DNA of 64,000 nucleotides. Origin: Candidatus Marinacidobacterales bacterium (lineage in GTDB: Bacteria; Acidobacteriota; Vicinamibacteria; Marinacidobacterales; SMYC01). Numbering within the stretch: the stretch's first letter is position 1; the number at the start of each line of letters is the position of its first letter. The stretch covers positions 288,001-352,000 of the forward strand of contig CBDCYI010000004.1 in assembly GCA_965224085.1 (NCBI GenBank), in the 5' to 3' direction. The notes beneath the pieces are model-generated. The model made no database searches. It saw only the letters and a list, made by a program, of their open reading frames with translations, and was not told the origin of the DNA. Below are positions 37,412-47,644 of the stretch, piece by piece. Both the position numbers and the translations under genes were made by a program.

Positions 37412-38415
37412 ACGGGAATCCGGTAGTGCTCCTGGCGCACGTAACGAGCGACATGCACCCGCAACGCCGCCGCGATATCCGCATGCGTTGTTTTCTCGCT
37501 CCGGCACAAGCGAAGCTCGAGGGCGCGGGCGCGCGTGATCCAATCCGCGATCACGCGGTCGACCATATATCGCCGAGTTCCCGTGCTCTCTGCCACCTCG
37601 CTCTGGAGCGTGCCGCGATGTCGACGCAGAAACGCTGCTCCGGGTGCTCTCCCGCGCGTTTCCGCCGTCCCAAAGACGCGGCGAAGGTCTCGATCGTAGC
37701 GACGCGCGAAGTTCACCTTGTGCTTCCTCCTTCGCTCACGATAGTGCTCACCGAGCGTCGCCGACAACGTCGAAAGCGCGTCCGGTTCTCGCCGGTTCGT
37801 CACCTTCGGCCGACTCGCCACCTCCTCCGCCATCAACCCGTCCATATAGACAAGCTTTTCGAGAGCCGGCCACCCAGCGTAGCGCTCGCGCCAGCGTGAG
37901 GCCGGGTCCAGCCAAACGGCAAACGTCTCCGCGAAGTCGTCGTCCGGATGACACTGAGCATACCCGAGCTCGAGATGACGCACGAATTTCCGGCTGTACG
38001 GATGGGGGGCATAGGAGTCCGGATAGTCGATCTCCGAGCTCCCGAAGAGCTCGACGCGACGCTCCCGACCTCGGAGTCGATACGCATTGTCGATGGCGTG
38101 TCCCGTCTCATGTCGCACGAGCCGCAGACAGCTTCGCCGCGTTCCTCCTTCGACTCCCTGCATTCGTCTTCGCTCGAGCGCTTGCAACCGCTCGTGCGCA
38201 AGATAGAAGGGTATCGCGAAGCCCGGCACGCTGTCGGGGCAGAACCACTCGTCCGAAAGCCACACATGCGGTTCGAAGTCGAACCCGCGGGCCCCGAGCT
38301 CGCCGCGGACCACCGCCAGGCACTCGAGCAGCAACTCTCTTTCTATACCAAGTTCGAGGTCTTGGAGGCGAACCCTCATGAGCTCTCGGTCGGAGAGCGC
38401 GAGCCAATGCTTCAT
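37408..38415 (-). CDS. Putative zinc-binding metallopeptidase (zincin, HExxH)
   Basis: RHETGHA and YAQCHPDDDFAETFA. ATGA-coupled to the ATP-grasp gene. Confidence 0.82.
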   Translation of the reverse strand: MKHWLALSDRELMRVRLQDLELGIERELLLECLAVVRGELGARGFDFEPHVWLSDEWFCPDSVPGFAIPFYLAHERLQALERRRMQGVEGGTRRSCLRLVRHETGHAIDNAYRLRGRERRVELFGSSEIDYPDSYAPHPYSRKFVRHLELGYAQCHPDDDFAETFAVWLDPASRWRERYAGWPALEKLVYMDGLMAEEVASRPKVTNRREPDALSTLSATLGEHYRERRRKHKVNFARRYDRDLRRVFGTAETRGRAPGAAFLRRHRGTLQSEVAESTGTRRYMVDRVIADWITRARALELRLCRSEKTTHADIAAALRVHVARYVRQEHYRIPV

Positions 38416-38462
38416 GTTCCAGAGCACGCATTCTAACGCACGTCTGTTACAATCGCGCTCCC

Positions 38463-39206
38463 GTGGAGGTTCGAGACTACCTGGAGCGCATCAATATCAA
38501 TGCCATCGCCGATGGGGCGCCCTCCATCGAAACGCTGACCTATCTCCATGAACAACACCTGTTCTTCGTGCCCTTCGAGAACCTCGATATCCACCAAGGC
38601 GTTGCCATCGTTGTCGACCCGCGCGCCATTCTCGACAAAATCGTCCGCCGCCGCGGCGGGTTCTGCTACGAGCTCAACTCTGCTTTCGCCTGGCTTGTGC
38701 GAGAGCTCCGCTTCGACGTCACGATTTTGAGCGCAGAGGTCGCTCGGCCCGGAGGAGAGTTCGATTTACCGTTTGGCCACGTGACTCTCCGGGTCGACAT
38801 CGACGGTCGGTCCTGGTTGGCCGATGTCGGCTTCGGTGAATCCTTCATTCAGCCTCTCCCTCTCGCTCCCGACCCGCCCTCCGATGACGGCTACCGATTG
38901 ACGCGTCACGAAGCTGCCTGGCACTTGGAAAAAGACGACGAGGCGAAATACCGTTTCACTCTGGAGCCGCGCCGGATTGCCGATTTCGAGCCTGGCTGCC
39001 ATCACCACCAGACATCATCCGAATCCCCTTTCACTCGAAAAGTCGTCACGACGCGCGCGACTCCCAACGGACGCGTGACCCTGACTCCCGAGCTATGCAT
39101 CGTCCACGAGAACGGCAAGCGTAGCGAGACACCCGTGAACGACGAAGCCGAGTGGCGCTCGGCGCTCGAAAGCTACTTCGGCATCGTGCTGGAGCCGCCT
39201 TCATGA
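38463..39206 (+). CDS. Arylamine N-acetyltransferase family protein
   Basis: VPFENL, RRGGFCYELN, GH, ADVGFG (Cys-His-Asp triad). Confidence 0.93.
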   Translation: MEVRDYLERININAIADGAPSIETLTYLHEQHLFFVPFENLDIHQGVAIVVDPRAILDKIVRRRGGFCYELNSAFAWLVRELRFDVTILSAEVARPGGEFDLPFGHVTLRVDIDGRSWLADVGFGESFIQPLPLAPDPPSDDGYRLTRHEAAWHLEKDDEAKYRFTLEPRRIADFEPGCHHHQTSSESPFTRKVVTTRATPNGRVTLTPELCIVHENGKRSETPVNDEAEWRSALESYFGIVLEPPS

Positions 39207-41092
39207 AGCGATCGTTTCTCCTTTTCACATTCTCAATCCTGCCCGCGCTCGCCTCCGCGCAGATTGAGCTTCGTGTCGAGGTTCCGAGCGTCGTTCTGGC
39301 CGGCGTGCCGTTCACGATCACCGTCCAGCCCGTCACTGCGGAAGGTGGCGTCGCCCCTGGATATAGCGCGCAGCTTTCCGTGACCGGTTTGTCCGAGGGC
39401 CGTTTCGACGGTCTCTCGATCGAGCGCGCTGTCGTCGGCACGACCGGTCGTCACACCGTCCGCGTTCAGGACAAAACGCTGTCCGCCGAGGTGGAGCTCC
39501 GCGCGATCCCGGCTGTTTTCAGCATTCTGCCGCCGCTTTTCGCCATCACTTTCGCGCTGATCTTCCGTCAAGTGATCGTGTCGCTGATCGCCGGCATCTG
39601 GCTCGCTGCCACTTTTGTAGCTGACTACAACGTCGTCGCCGGATTTTTCGACGTCCTCACGAAATACGTCATCAATGCTGTTACCACGACGAACCAGGCC
39701 CAAATTCTTGTCTTTAGTCTCCTGTTCGGCGGCATGGTCGGGGTCATCACGAAAAACGGCGGCGCGCGGGGCCTCGCGGATTTGATCACGCGTTTCGCGA
39801 AAGGGGCCAAAGGAGGCCAGCTCTCCGTCATGGTCATGGCGCTCGTTATGTTCTTCGACGACTATGCCAACGTGCTCGTCCGCGGCAACTTGATGCGGCC
39901 CATTACCGACAAGCTGCGCATCTCCCGCGAGAAACTCTCGTTTCTCGTCGATACGGGCGCCGCCTCTGTCGCGAGCACCGCGATCGTATCGACTTGGATC
40001 GGCTACGAGCTCGGTCTCATTGCGCCGGGGCTCGAGCTCATCGGCTCGTCCGAAGACGCGTTCAGCATGTTCATCCGGACGATCCCCTACCGTTTCTATC
40101 CCCTCTTAGCGCTCGTTTTCGCCTTCATGATTTCCGCGACCGACCGTGACTTCGGCCCCATGCTCAAGGCCGAGAGGCGAGCGCGGCTCGAAGGCAAAGT
40201 GATGCGCGACGGGGCGGAGCCCGCGACCGAGATCCTCGAAGACGAAGAGGACGCCGCGCGTCCCTCGAGCTGGGTGAACGGTCTTGCGCCCATCGTCAGT
40301 ATCCTTGTCGTCGCCTTATCCGGTATCTACATCACGGGCGTTCGGGAGCTCGATGGGGCTTCGGGCACGAGTCTCAAAGACATCGTCGGCGCTTCCGATT
40401 CCTACGTTGCTCTTCTCTGGGCCTCGCTTTCGGGCTGCAGCGTCGCGATCGTTCTTGCCGTCGGGCGACGCGTGCTCACGTTGAGCCAGGCCTTTGCCGC
40501 TTGGATCCAAGGCCTGAAGTCTATGATGATGGCCGTCGTCATTCTCGTCCTGGCGTGGTGTATCGGCGCGGCGACGACCGAGCTTCACGCCGCGAGTTAC
40601 CTCGTCCAGGTTTTGGAAGGCGCTCTCCATCCCGCGTGGCTTCCCGTGCTGACCTTCGTAATCGCCGCGGCGATGGCCTTCGCGACCGGGTCGAGCTGGG
40701 CCACGATGGCGATCATGATGCCGCTTGTGATCCCGCTCGCGGACGCTTTGGGCCGGAGTGCGGGGCTTGCTCCGGAGCGGGTCGACACCATCCTTGTCGG
40801 TGTTATCAGCTCCGTCCTCGCGGGAGCTGTTTTCGGCGACCACTGTTCGCCCATCTCGGACACGACCATTCTGAGCTCGATGGCCTCCGCCGCCGATCAC
40901 ATCGACCACGTGCGGACGCAGCTGCCCTACGCTCTCGTGGTCGCGATCGTCGGCATGCTCATCGGCGATATACCTACCGCCTATGGTCTCTCCCCTTGGA
41001 TTTCGATCGTCCTCGGGAGCGGCATTCTGCTGGCGGTCTTGTTCTTCTACGGCAAGCCCGTCGAGATAGCGCCACAAGGAGAGGCAGTATGA
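39203..41092 (+). CDS. NhaC-family Na+/H+ antiporter-like transporter
   Basis: FFDDYAN, ISREKL, FATGSSW, GDHCSPISDTTILSS, DHVRTQLPY. Confidence 0.92.
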   Translation: MKRSFLLFTFSILPALASAQIELRVEVPSVVLAGVPFTITVQPVTAEGGVAPGYSAQLSVTGLSEGRFDGLSIERAVVGTTGRHTVRVQDKTLSAEVELRAIPAVFSILPPLFAITFALIFRQVIVSLIAGIWLAATFVADYNVVAGFFDVLTKYVINAVTTTNQAQILVFSLLFGGMVGVITKNGGARGLADLITRFAKGAKGGQLSVMVMALVMFFDDYANVLVRGNLMRPITDKLRISREKLSFLVDTGAASVASTAIVSTWIGYELGLIAPGLELIGSSEDAFSMFIRTIPYRFYPLLALVFAFMISATDRDFGPMLKAERRARLEGKVMRDGAEPATEILEDEEDAARPSSWVNGLAPIVSILVVALSGIYITGVRELDGASGTSLKDIVGASDSYVALLWASLSGCSVAIVLAVGRRVLTLSQAFAAWIQGLKSMMMAVVILVLAWCIGAATTELHAASYLVQVLEGALHPAWLPVLTFVIAAAMAFATGSSWATMAIMMPLVIPLADALGRSAGLAPERVDTILVGVISSVLAGAVFGDHCSPISDTTILSSMASAADHIDHVRTQLPYALVVAIVGMLIGDIPTAYGLSPWISIVLGSGILLAVLFFYGKPVEIAPQGEAV

Positions 41093-42090
41093 AAACCACG
41101 CGACTCGGGACGACGGGATTGGAGGTCTCCCGACTCTGTCTCGGCTGTATGACTTACGGCGACCCGAATTGGAGGCCTTGGATCCTCGGCGAAGACGAGG
41201 CTCGCACGCACTTCAAGCGCGCGCTAGAGCTCGGATTCAACTTTTTTGATACCGCGGATATGTACTCGAAAGGTGTCAGCGAAGAAGTGACGGGCAAGAT
41301 TCTAAAAGAGCTGGCGCACCGCGAGGACTATGTTCTCGCCTCGAAATGCTTCTTCCCGCTCACCAAAGGTCCCAATCGCAGCGGCCTCTCCCGCAAGCAC
41401 ATTCTCGCGGCTTGCGACGATTCTTTGAAGCGGCTCGGCCACGACTACATCGATCTCTATCAGATCCACCGCCTCGACCATCACACTCCGATGGACGAAA
41501 CTCTCGAGGCGCTCGATTCGCTCGTTCGTGCCGGCAAAGTGCGCTATTTGGGCGCGAGCAGCATGGCGGCGTGGGAGTTCGCAACGATGCTATTCCTCGC
41601 CGACGCCAACGGCTATCACCGCTTCGCCACCATGCAGAACCACTTGAACCTCGTCTACCGCGAAGAGGAGCGCGAGATGATCCCGCTTTGCCTCGAGCAA
41701 GGCGTGGGGCTGATCCCATGGAGCCCGCTCGCCCGCGGATTTCTCGCCGGCAACCGGCGGCGCGAGGCAAAGGCGGAGACGGCGCGCGGTAAAGACGATC
41801 CCTTTGCAGAGGACATGTATTGTCGCGACGAGGACTTCGACGTCGTCGACGCCGTGGTCGACGTGGCAAAGGACATTGGAAAAAAGCCGGCTCAAATAGC
41901 ACTCGCCTGGACGCTCTCCGTTCCGGGCGTGGACGCTCCCATCATCGGTAGCACCAAGATCCCGCAGCTCGAAGAGCTCGTCGAGGCTGTCGCGATCGAG
42001 CTCGACGATGAGCTCATCGAACGGCTCGAAAAGCCCTACCGGCCCCACCCCGTTCTCGGCCACCAACAACGGGGGCCGAGAGAGCTTTGA
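41089..42090 (+). CDS. Aldo/keto reductase
   Basis: LCLGCM, FFDTADMY, DYIDLYQIHR, PWSPLARG. Confidence 0.95.
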   Translation: MKTTRLGTTGLEVSRLCLGCMTYGDPNWRPWILGEDEARTHFKRALELGFNFFDTADMYSKGVSEEVTGKILKELAHREDYVLASKCFFPLTKGPNRSGLSRKHILAACDDSLKRLGHDYIDLYQIHRLDHHTPMDETLEALDSLVRAGKVRYLGASSMAAWEFATMLFLADANGYHRFATMQNHLNLVYREEEREMIPLCLEQGVGLIPWSPLARGFLAGNRRREAKAETARGKDDPFAEDMYCRDEDFDVVDAVVDVAKDIGKKPAQIALAWTLSVPGVDAPIIGSTKIPQLEELVEAVAIELDDELIERLEKPYRPHPVLGHQQRGPREL

Positions 42091-43214
42091 ACCGCGCGAC
42101 GGCGCTTGTCTTCCTGGGGATTGGCCCCGCGCTGGCGGTCGGCTGCGCGCCGCCGCCCGATGTCGACTGGCCTGCCTATCTCGGAGATCTCGCTTCGAGC
42201 CAATACTCGGTGCTCGATCAGATTCACGTCCAAAACGTCGGCTCCCTCGAGCTCGCGTGGCGCTACGACTCCGGTGGCGCCGACCCGGACAACCGCAGCC
42301 AAGTTCAATGCAACCCCATCATCGTGGACGGAGTTCTCTACGGGACGTCACCAGGTCTCGCGCTCTTCGCGCTCGATGCGGCTACCGGTGAAGAGCTGTG
42401 GCGCTTCGACCCTTTTGGAGGCGAGTACAGCTGGTTCGGTCTCGGCGTGAACCGCGGGGTGACGCTCTGGAACGACCGCATCCTCTATACTGCGGGCGAC
42501 AAGCTCTACGCCGTGTCTATAAAGAACGGTCAGGAGATTTTTTCAATCGACCTCCATCTCGGCTTCCCGGAACACGCGCAGCATCTATTCTTGACGTCGA
42601 ACACGCCCGGCATCATCTTCGAAGACCTTCTCATTCTCGGCCACCGTGCGGCGGAAGCGTTGCCCGCCGTTCCGGGCGACATCCGAGCTTTCGACGTCCG
42701 GACCGGCGAGCTCGTGTGGAGTTTCCACACGATCCCGCATCCGGGAGAATTCGGATATGACACGTGGCCCGAAGATGCGTGGCAGCGCTCGGGTGGCGCG
42801 AATGCGTGGGCGGGCCTGAGCCTCGATCTGGACCGCGGTATCGTTTACGTTCCGACCGGATCCGCCGCTTACGATTTCTACGGCGGCGATCGTGTCGGGC
42901 AGAACCTCTTTGCCAACACGCTCCTTGCGCTCGACGCTCGCACGGGCGAGCGGATCTGGCACTATCAATTCGTCCATCACGACATTTGGGATCGGGATCT
43001 TCCTGCACCACCCAACCTGATTCGAGTCAACGGCGTCGACGCTGTTGCGCAAATTACGAAATCCGGCCATGTCTTCGTCTTCGACCGTGAGACCGGCGAC
43101 CCGCTTTTTCCGATCGAAGAGCAACCCGTCGAAGCGTCGGATCTCGAAGGCGAGCAAGCATGGCCGACCCAAGGGCCCGGGCAAGAGGCGCCGACCGAGC
43201 GTTCGTCGGCTTAG
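42087..43214 (+). pseudogene. PQQ-dependent dehydrogenase (lipoprotein), C-terminally truncated
   Basis: PQQ propeller motifs, GGANAW, HHDIWDRD. Homology stops at EQAWPTQ (about 43172), roughly half the usual length. Confidence 0.8.
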
Positions 43215-43588
43215 AATGTCGTAGATGCCGCGGATGCGCGCGTCTCCAGCTTTTGGCCCACGTCGCCCGGGTCCGGCGCATCGAGAATGGCGCGCACGAA
43301 TTGCAACAAGCGCGCTCCAGTAAACGGCTTCTCCAACAGGCGCGTACGATCTACGGGCATCTTGTCGTGCGAGAACGCGTCGTTGACGTAGCCCGAGATG
43401 AACAGGAATTTCAAGGACGCGTGCAAGGGCGTCATGCGCTCCACGAGTTGGGGGCCGCTCACACCTGGCATCACGACGTCTGTGACAAGAAGGTCGATCG
43501 TGGTCGTCTCGGCGATCTCGAGCGCCGTGGCCGCGCGGCTTGCTTCGAGCACCTGATAACCCGCGGATTCCAGGATCGTTCGGGCTAG

Positions 43589-45591
43589 CCCATGTTTACC
43601 CTTTATGGGCACCCTAACGCTCGTAAGTGACTGAATTCAAAGGAACGGGGGTTGAATTTTGCCCAAAACGTAGAGACAGATATTGTGCTTTGAGCGCCAT
43701 TAATACGTTGTAATCGTGGACAATGATATGTAGTATGCGTGAGGACAGGTTATGTTCTTCCGCATCGTTCGGGCCGCAGGCGGCAAAGGGGTTCAACATG
43801 AGTATGTCCGCCTGGTCGAGTCGTATCGGGAGCACGGCAAGCCGAAGCAACGCGTAGTGTGCAACTTGGGGCGCAAGGATCTCCTAGTTGCCAATCTCGA
43901 CTCCCTCAATCGGTTGCTTGGGGCCGGTGAACCGGCCGACACCGAGCGAGCAGCCGAGCAGATCGCGGGGGCAGACGCGTGGGATTGGGGTCCGATGGTG
44001 GTGACGGCGACGCTGTGGCGCGAGCTCGGACTGGAGCAGATTCTCGACCGGCTCGGAGGCCGCGGCAAGCGCGACGGAGTGGCGCTAAGCGAGCGAGCTT
44101 TGGTGCTGGTCGCCAACCGGCTATGTGCTCCGTCAAGCGAGCACGGTCTGGCGCGCTGGCTCGAGACCGACTTCGTCTGCGACCGGCAGGGGCGGCGGTG
44201 GGTGCCGCAGTGGCGCGATGATGGGGAGCGGCGAGCGAGTCGCTCCCCGCGGGTTCGCGTGGAGTTTTGCCAACTCAAGCAATGGTACCGAACGCTCGAC
44301 CAGCTGCATGCCCGCAAAGAACAGATCGAGAAAGAGCTGTTTTTGCGCTTGCGGGATCTGTTTTCGCTTGAGGTTGACATGGTGTTTTACGACCTGACGT
44401 CGACGTACTTCGAAGGTCAAGGCCCTCCGGGGCTCGGCGCCCACGGCTACAGTCGCGACCGCAGACCGCGTAACCGGCAAGTGCTTGTCGGTCTGGTGAT
44501 GGTGGACGGTTGGCCGATCGCCCACCATGTTTTCGCCGGCAACTGGCGTGACGCGAAAACGGTGCCGCAGGTGCTCAACGATCTCAACGAACGATTCGGT
44601 TTGCACCGCGTGGTTTTTGTCGGCGACCGAGGGATGGTAACGAGCGACAGCCTGGCGGTGGTGCGCTCGCGCAAGCAGGGCTATCTCGTCGGGCTGCAAA
44701 GACGACGGCGCGAGGAGGTCTATCGTTACATCGAGCGCGCCAGCGGAGAGTGGATCGACTGCCCTGGTGGCATCACGGTGAGCGAAAAAGCCGAGCCACC
44801 TAAGACTCGTGTGCAAGAAGTCCGCTCCGAGCAGTCTGGCGTGCGCATCTTCGTCGTTCACAGCGACGAAAGGCTCGCCTACGAGCGCGGGCAGAGGCTG
44901 CGGGCCATGGGACGTGCCCGTGCGGCATTCGAGGCCCTTGAGCGCCGCGTGCGCGAGGGACGATTGAAAGCCCCCGAGAAAATCGGTGCCGCCGCCGCGC
45001 GCATACAGGCACGCCACCACGGTCACCGTTACTACGACTGGGAGTACAAAAACGCTCGCTTCCGCTTCTTCGAGCACCCGGTCAACCTCAAGCGCGAGCA
45101 AGCCTACGAGGGTAAGTACGTTATTCAAACCGAGGAGCAAAACCTCTCTCCGGTCGACGCCGTGCGCCTTTACAAGGACCTAAACGAGGTCGAGCGAGCC
45201 TTCTCATGCCTTAAGGATGTCATTGAGATGCGTCCCGTTTACCACCAGACCGATGAGCGTGTGGAGGCACATCTTTTCGTAGCTACGCTGGCCTTCCTTG
45301 TGCATCGGGCTCTTGAGAAAAAGCTCAAGGTCGCCGAACTCGACCTGTCCGCAACCGAGGCACTACAAGCGCTACGCTCGGTCCGGCTCGTCGACTTACA
45401 GCTGGGTTCTGGGCGGACCAAGCGCGTCGTCACGCGCGGCACCGCTCGCGCCAACTCGATCCTGACTGCACTCGGAATCGTTGAACGCGACCCGCCAGCC
45501 TTCTCCGAGGAGGTGCTGTCAGCGTAGAGACAAACCGCGGATCTCAGTCCTTTGTTTATGATGACTTAGAGACCTAAAAGGGAAACATGGG
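43589..45591 (+). mobile_element. Complete IS1634-family element with CTAG target duplication
   Basis: IRs CCCATGTTTACCCTTT / AAAAGGGAAACATGGG. CTAG at 43585-43588 and 45592-45595. Excision restores VRELARTILES. Confidence 0.95.
43752..45527 (+). CDS. IS1634-family DDE transposase
   Basis: YVRLVESYR..KQRVVCNLGR, FYDLTSTYFEG, GYSRD, VGDRGM, Y..L..VERAF..LK. Confidence 0.93.
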   Translation: MFFRIVRAAGGKGVQHEYVRLVESYREHGKPKQRVVCNLGRKDLLVANLDSLNRLLGAGEPADTERAAEQIAGADAWDWGPMVVTATLWRELGLEQILDRLGGRGKRDGVALSERALVLVANRLCAPSSEHGLARWLETDFVCDRQGRRWVPQWRDDGERRASRSPRVRVEFCQLKQWYRTLDQLHARKEQIEKELFLRLRDLFSLEVDMVFYDLTSTYFEGQGPPGLGAHGYSRDRRPRNRQVLVGLVMVDGWPIAHHVFAGNWRDAKTVPQVLNDLNERFGLHRVVFVGDRGMVTSDSLAVVRSRKQGYLVGLQRRRREEVYRYIERASGEWIDCPGGITVSEKAEPPKTRVQEVRSEQSGVRIFVVHSDERLAYERGQRLRAMGRARAAFEALERRVREGRLKAPEKIGAAAARIQARHHGHRYYDWEYKNARFRFFEHPVNLKREQAYEGKYVIQTEEQNLSPVDAVRLYKDLNEVERAFSCLKDVIEMRPVYHQTDERVEAHLFVATLAFLVHRALEKKLKVAELDLSATEALQALRSVRLVDLQLGSGRTKRVVTRGTARANSILTALGIVERDPPAFSEEVLSA

Positions 45592-45716
45592 CTAGCTCTC
45601 GCACCCCGTCGTCGTCTTCCACGAGCAAGATCGTCTCTCGCCCGTCCAAAATCGGCGTCGCGACCGCCGCCTCGTCTGAAAGCTCCGCGACGGTATGTTC
45701 CGCGTGCGGCAAGCGC

Positions 45717-45967
45717 TCCCCCGCCGCTCTGAGTCACGATGCCGTATACGGTCGAAAGGCCCAACCCCGTCCCTGCTCCCGGTGCTTTCGTGGTGAAGAA
45801 CGGGTCGAAGATTTGCGGCAAGCGCACGCGAAACGTCGAGCCCGCAAGCGGTTGACTCGACGCGACGATTCCCCCGCCGCTCTGAGTCACGATGCCGTAT
45901 ACGGTCGAAAGGCCCAACCCCGTCCCTGCTCCCGGTGCTTTCGTGGTGAAGAACGGGTCGAAGATTT
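45717..45967. repeat. 98-bp direct repeat (45717..45814 = 45870..45967)
   Basis: Exact copy of the [31 protein letters not shown]-coding segment. TGCGGCAAGCGC occurs at both 45705-45716 and 45814-45825. Confidence 0.92.
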
Positions 45968-47644
45968 TCTGTAGGGTTTCGGCATCCATGCCGTCCCCGG
46001 TATCACTCACCGCGATCTCCGCCGAGGTCTGCACACTGGACGGCAACGCGTTCTCCCCGTCGACATCCACGCTGCGTGTCGCGATCTTCAACCGTCCACC
46101 GCGTGGCATGGCATCGCGAGCGTTGACGACTAGGTTCATGATGACCTGTTCGATCTGACCCGGGTCCGCCTTGACGGGCTTCAGGTCCGAGGCGAGATCG
46201 ATGACGAGCGTGACATCTTCCGAGATGAGGCGTTCGAGCAAGCCTCTCATTTCGGCGATGACCGCGTTCAGGTCGATGACCCTTGGTTGCAGCACTTGCT
46301 TGCGGCTGAAAGCGAGGAGCTGGCTCGTGAGCGAGGCGGCGCGCCGACCGGCTTTGGCGATTTGCTCTATCTGGCGTTCGGCCGCCTTTCCTTTCCGTGC
46401 CGATAAGAGCTCGCAATAGCCGAGAATGGTGGTCAGGAGATTGTTGAAGTCATGGGCGATACCGCCCGCGAGCTGCCCTATTCCCTCCATTCGCTGGGAC
46501 TGTCGCATGTGTTCTTCGTTCTCACGAAGCGCGATCTCCGCCTTTTCTCGAGCGATCTGGTGCTCACGGCGGTGGTGCTCGGCCTCACGCAAGTCCGTCG
46601 AAAAGGCGGCCACCTCGACCGCGAGCTCACCGAGCTCGTCCCGACGCTCGAGCGGCAGCGAGGTCGAGAGCTCGCGCGTCTCACGCAGATCAACGACCGC
46701 GTGGCGCAACTGCACGAGTGGCCGAACGAGAGCACGGTCGGTGGCGATGCCGATGAGAACCAGCCCTACCGCCATCGCGAGCAAGAAAAAGACGGAGAGC
46801 GCCAGAAAAGCGCGGTTCTATGTATCGGTGATATCGCTGTCTTGAGTCAGCCGGAAACTTGCGACCTGGTCTCCTTCGAAGTTCGTGAGTCGCGCGATGG
46901 TGGCCGAGCGCGTCTGCAGCTGCGGCTCGGCCGAGCGATCCGCCTCTTCGAAAACGAGCTCGACAGTGCCGCCGGGCGTGGCCGTCGCGTCTTTCAGGAA
47001 AGCATCCGTGATCCGCCATCCCAGGATCAGCGCGCCGTGGCCGGGCGGTACGAAACGTCCCGTACCCGAGCGCTCAATAGTGCCTGCCGTGAGCCAGATG
47101 GCGCCTCCGGCGCTAAGCCAGAGCATGTCGGTGTCGGGCCGCTCGAAACCCAGTCTCACGGGCGGCAAATCGCGAACGTTCTTGCCGCGCTCGAACACGC
47201 CTGTGGGAGCCTCCGAGTAGACGACATTACCGTCCCTGTCGACAACCACGAGGACATCGAACACATTCGTGTTAAGGAGCCAATCGAGGTTGCCCTGCTC
47301 CCAACCGGGTTCCGGGTGCTCGATGTAATCCACGAGCTCGTCCCAGAGGGCAAAGTTGACGAGCCAAACGCTTAGCATCGAGCGCCGCTCGTCGAGACGC
47401 TCCTGCGCACGCTGGACTTGGCTCTTCCAGATCGTGTCCGATTGACGGGAAATGGCCCGACTTGCCAACGCGACGAGCATGACGGCGCATCCTGTGACGA
47501 CCACTAGCCCGGGCATCGCCCACGCAAAGAGTCTGCGACGTATCGAACGCGTTGACATCGGATTTGAGGCGGTCGTGAATGAGCAATTCTAACGCGGCTG
47601 AGCTCCCGATGCGAGCGCCCCCGACTCTGATCGAAGTTTAGCTA

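Larger units (their letters stand above)
43211..47558 (-). pseudogene. CHASE4-HAMP-HisKA-HATPase-REC hybrid sensor kinase, three lesions
   Basis: [44 protein letters not shown]. In-frame TAG at 46818-46820, a 109-bp insertion near 45717-45825, and IS1634 in the REC domain. Confidence 0.92.

Noticed and set aside
45717-45967. Repeat pair as a DGR TR/VR
   Set aside because: The copies are identical with no adenine-specific differences, and there is no RT.
46818-46820. In-frame TAG as pyrrolysine or readthrough
   Set aside because: The gene has two other inactivating lesions, other genes use TAG as a normal stop, and no pyl genes are seen.
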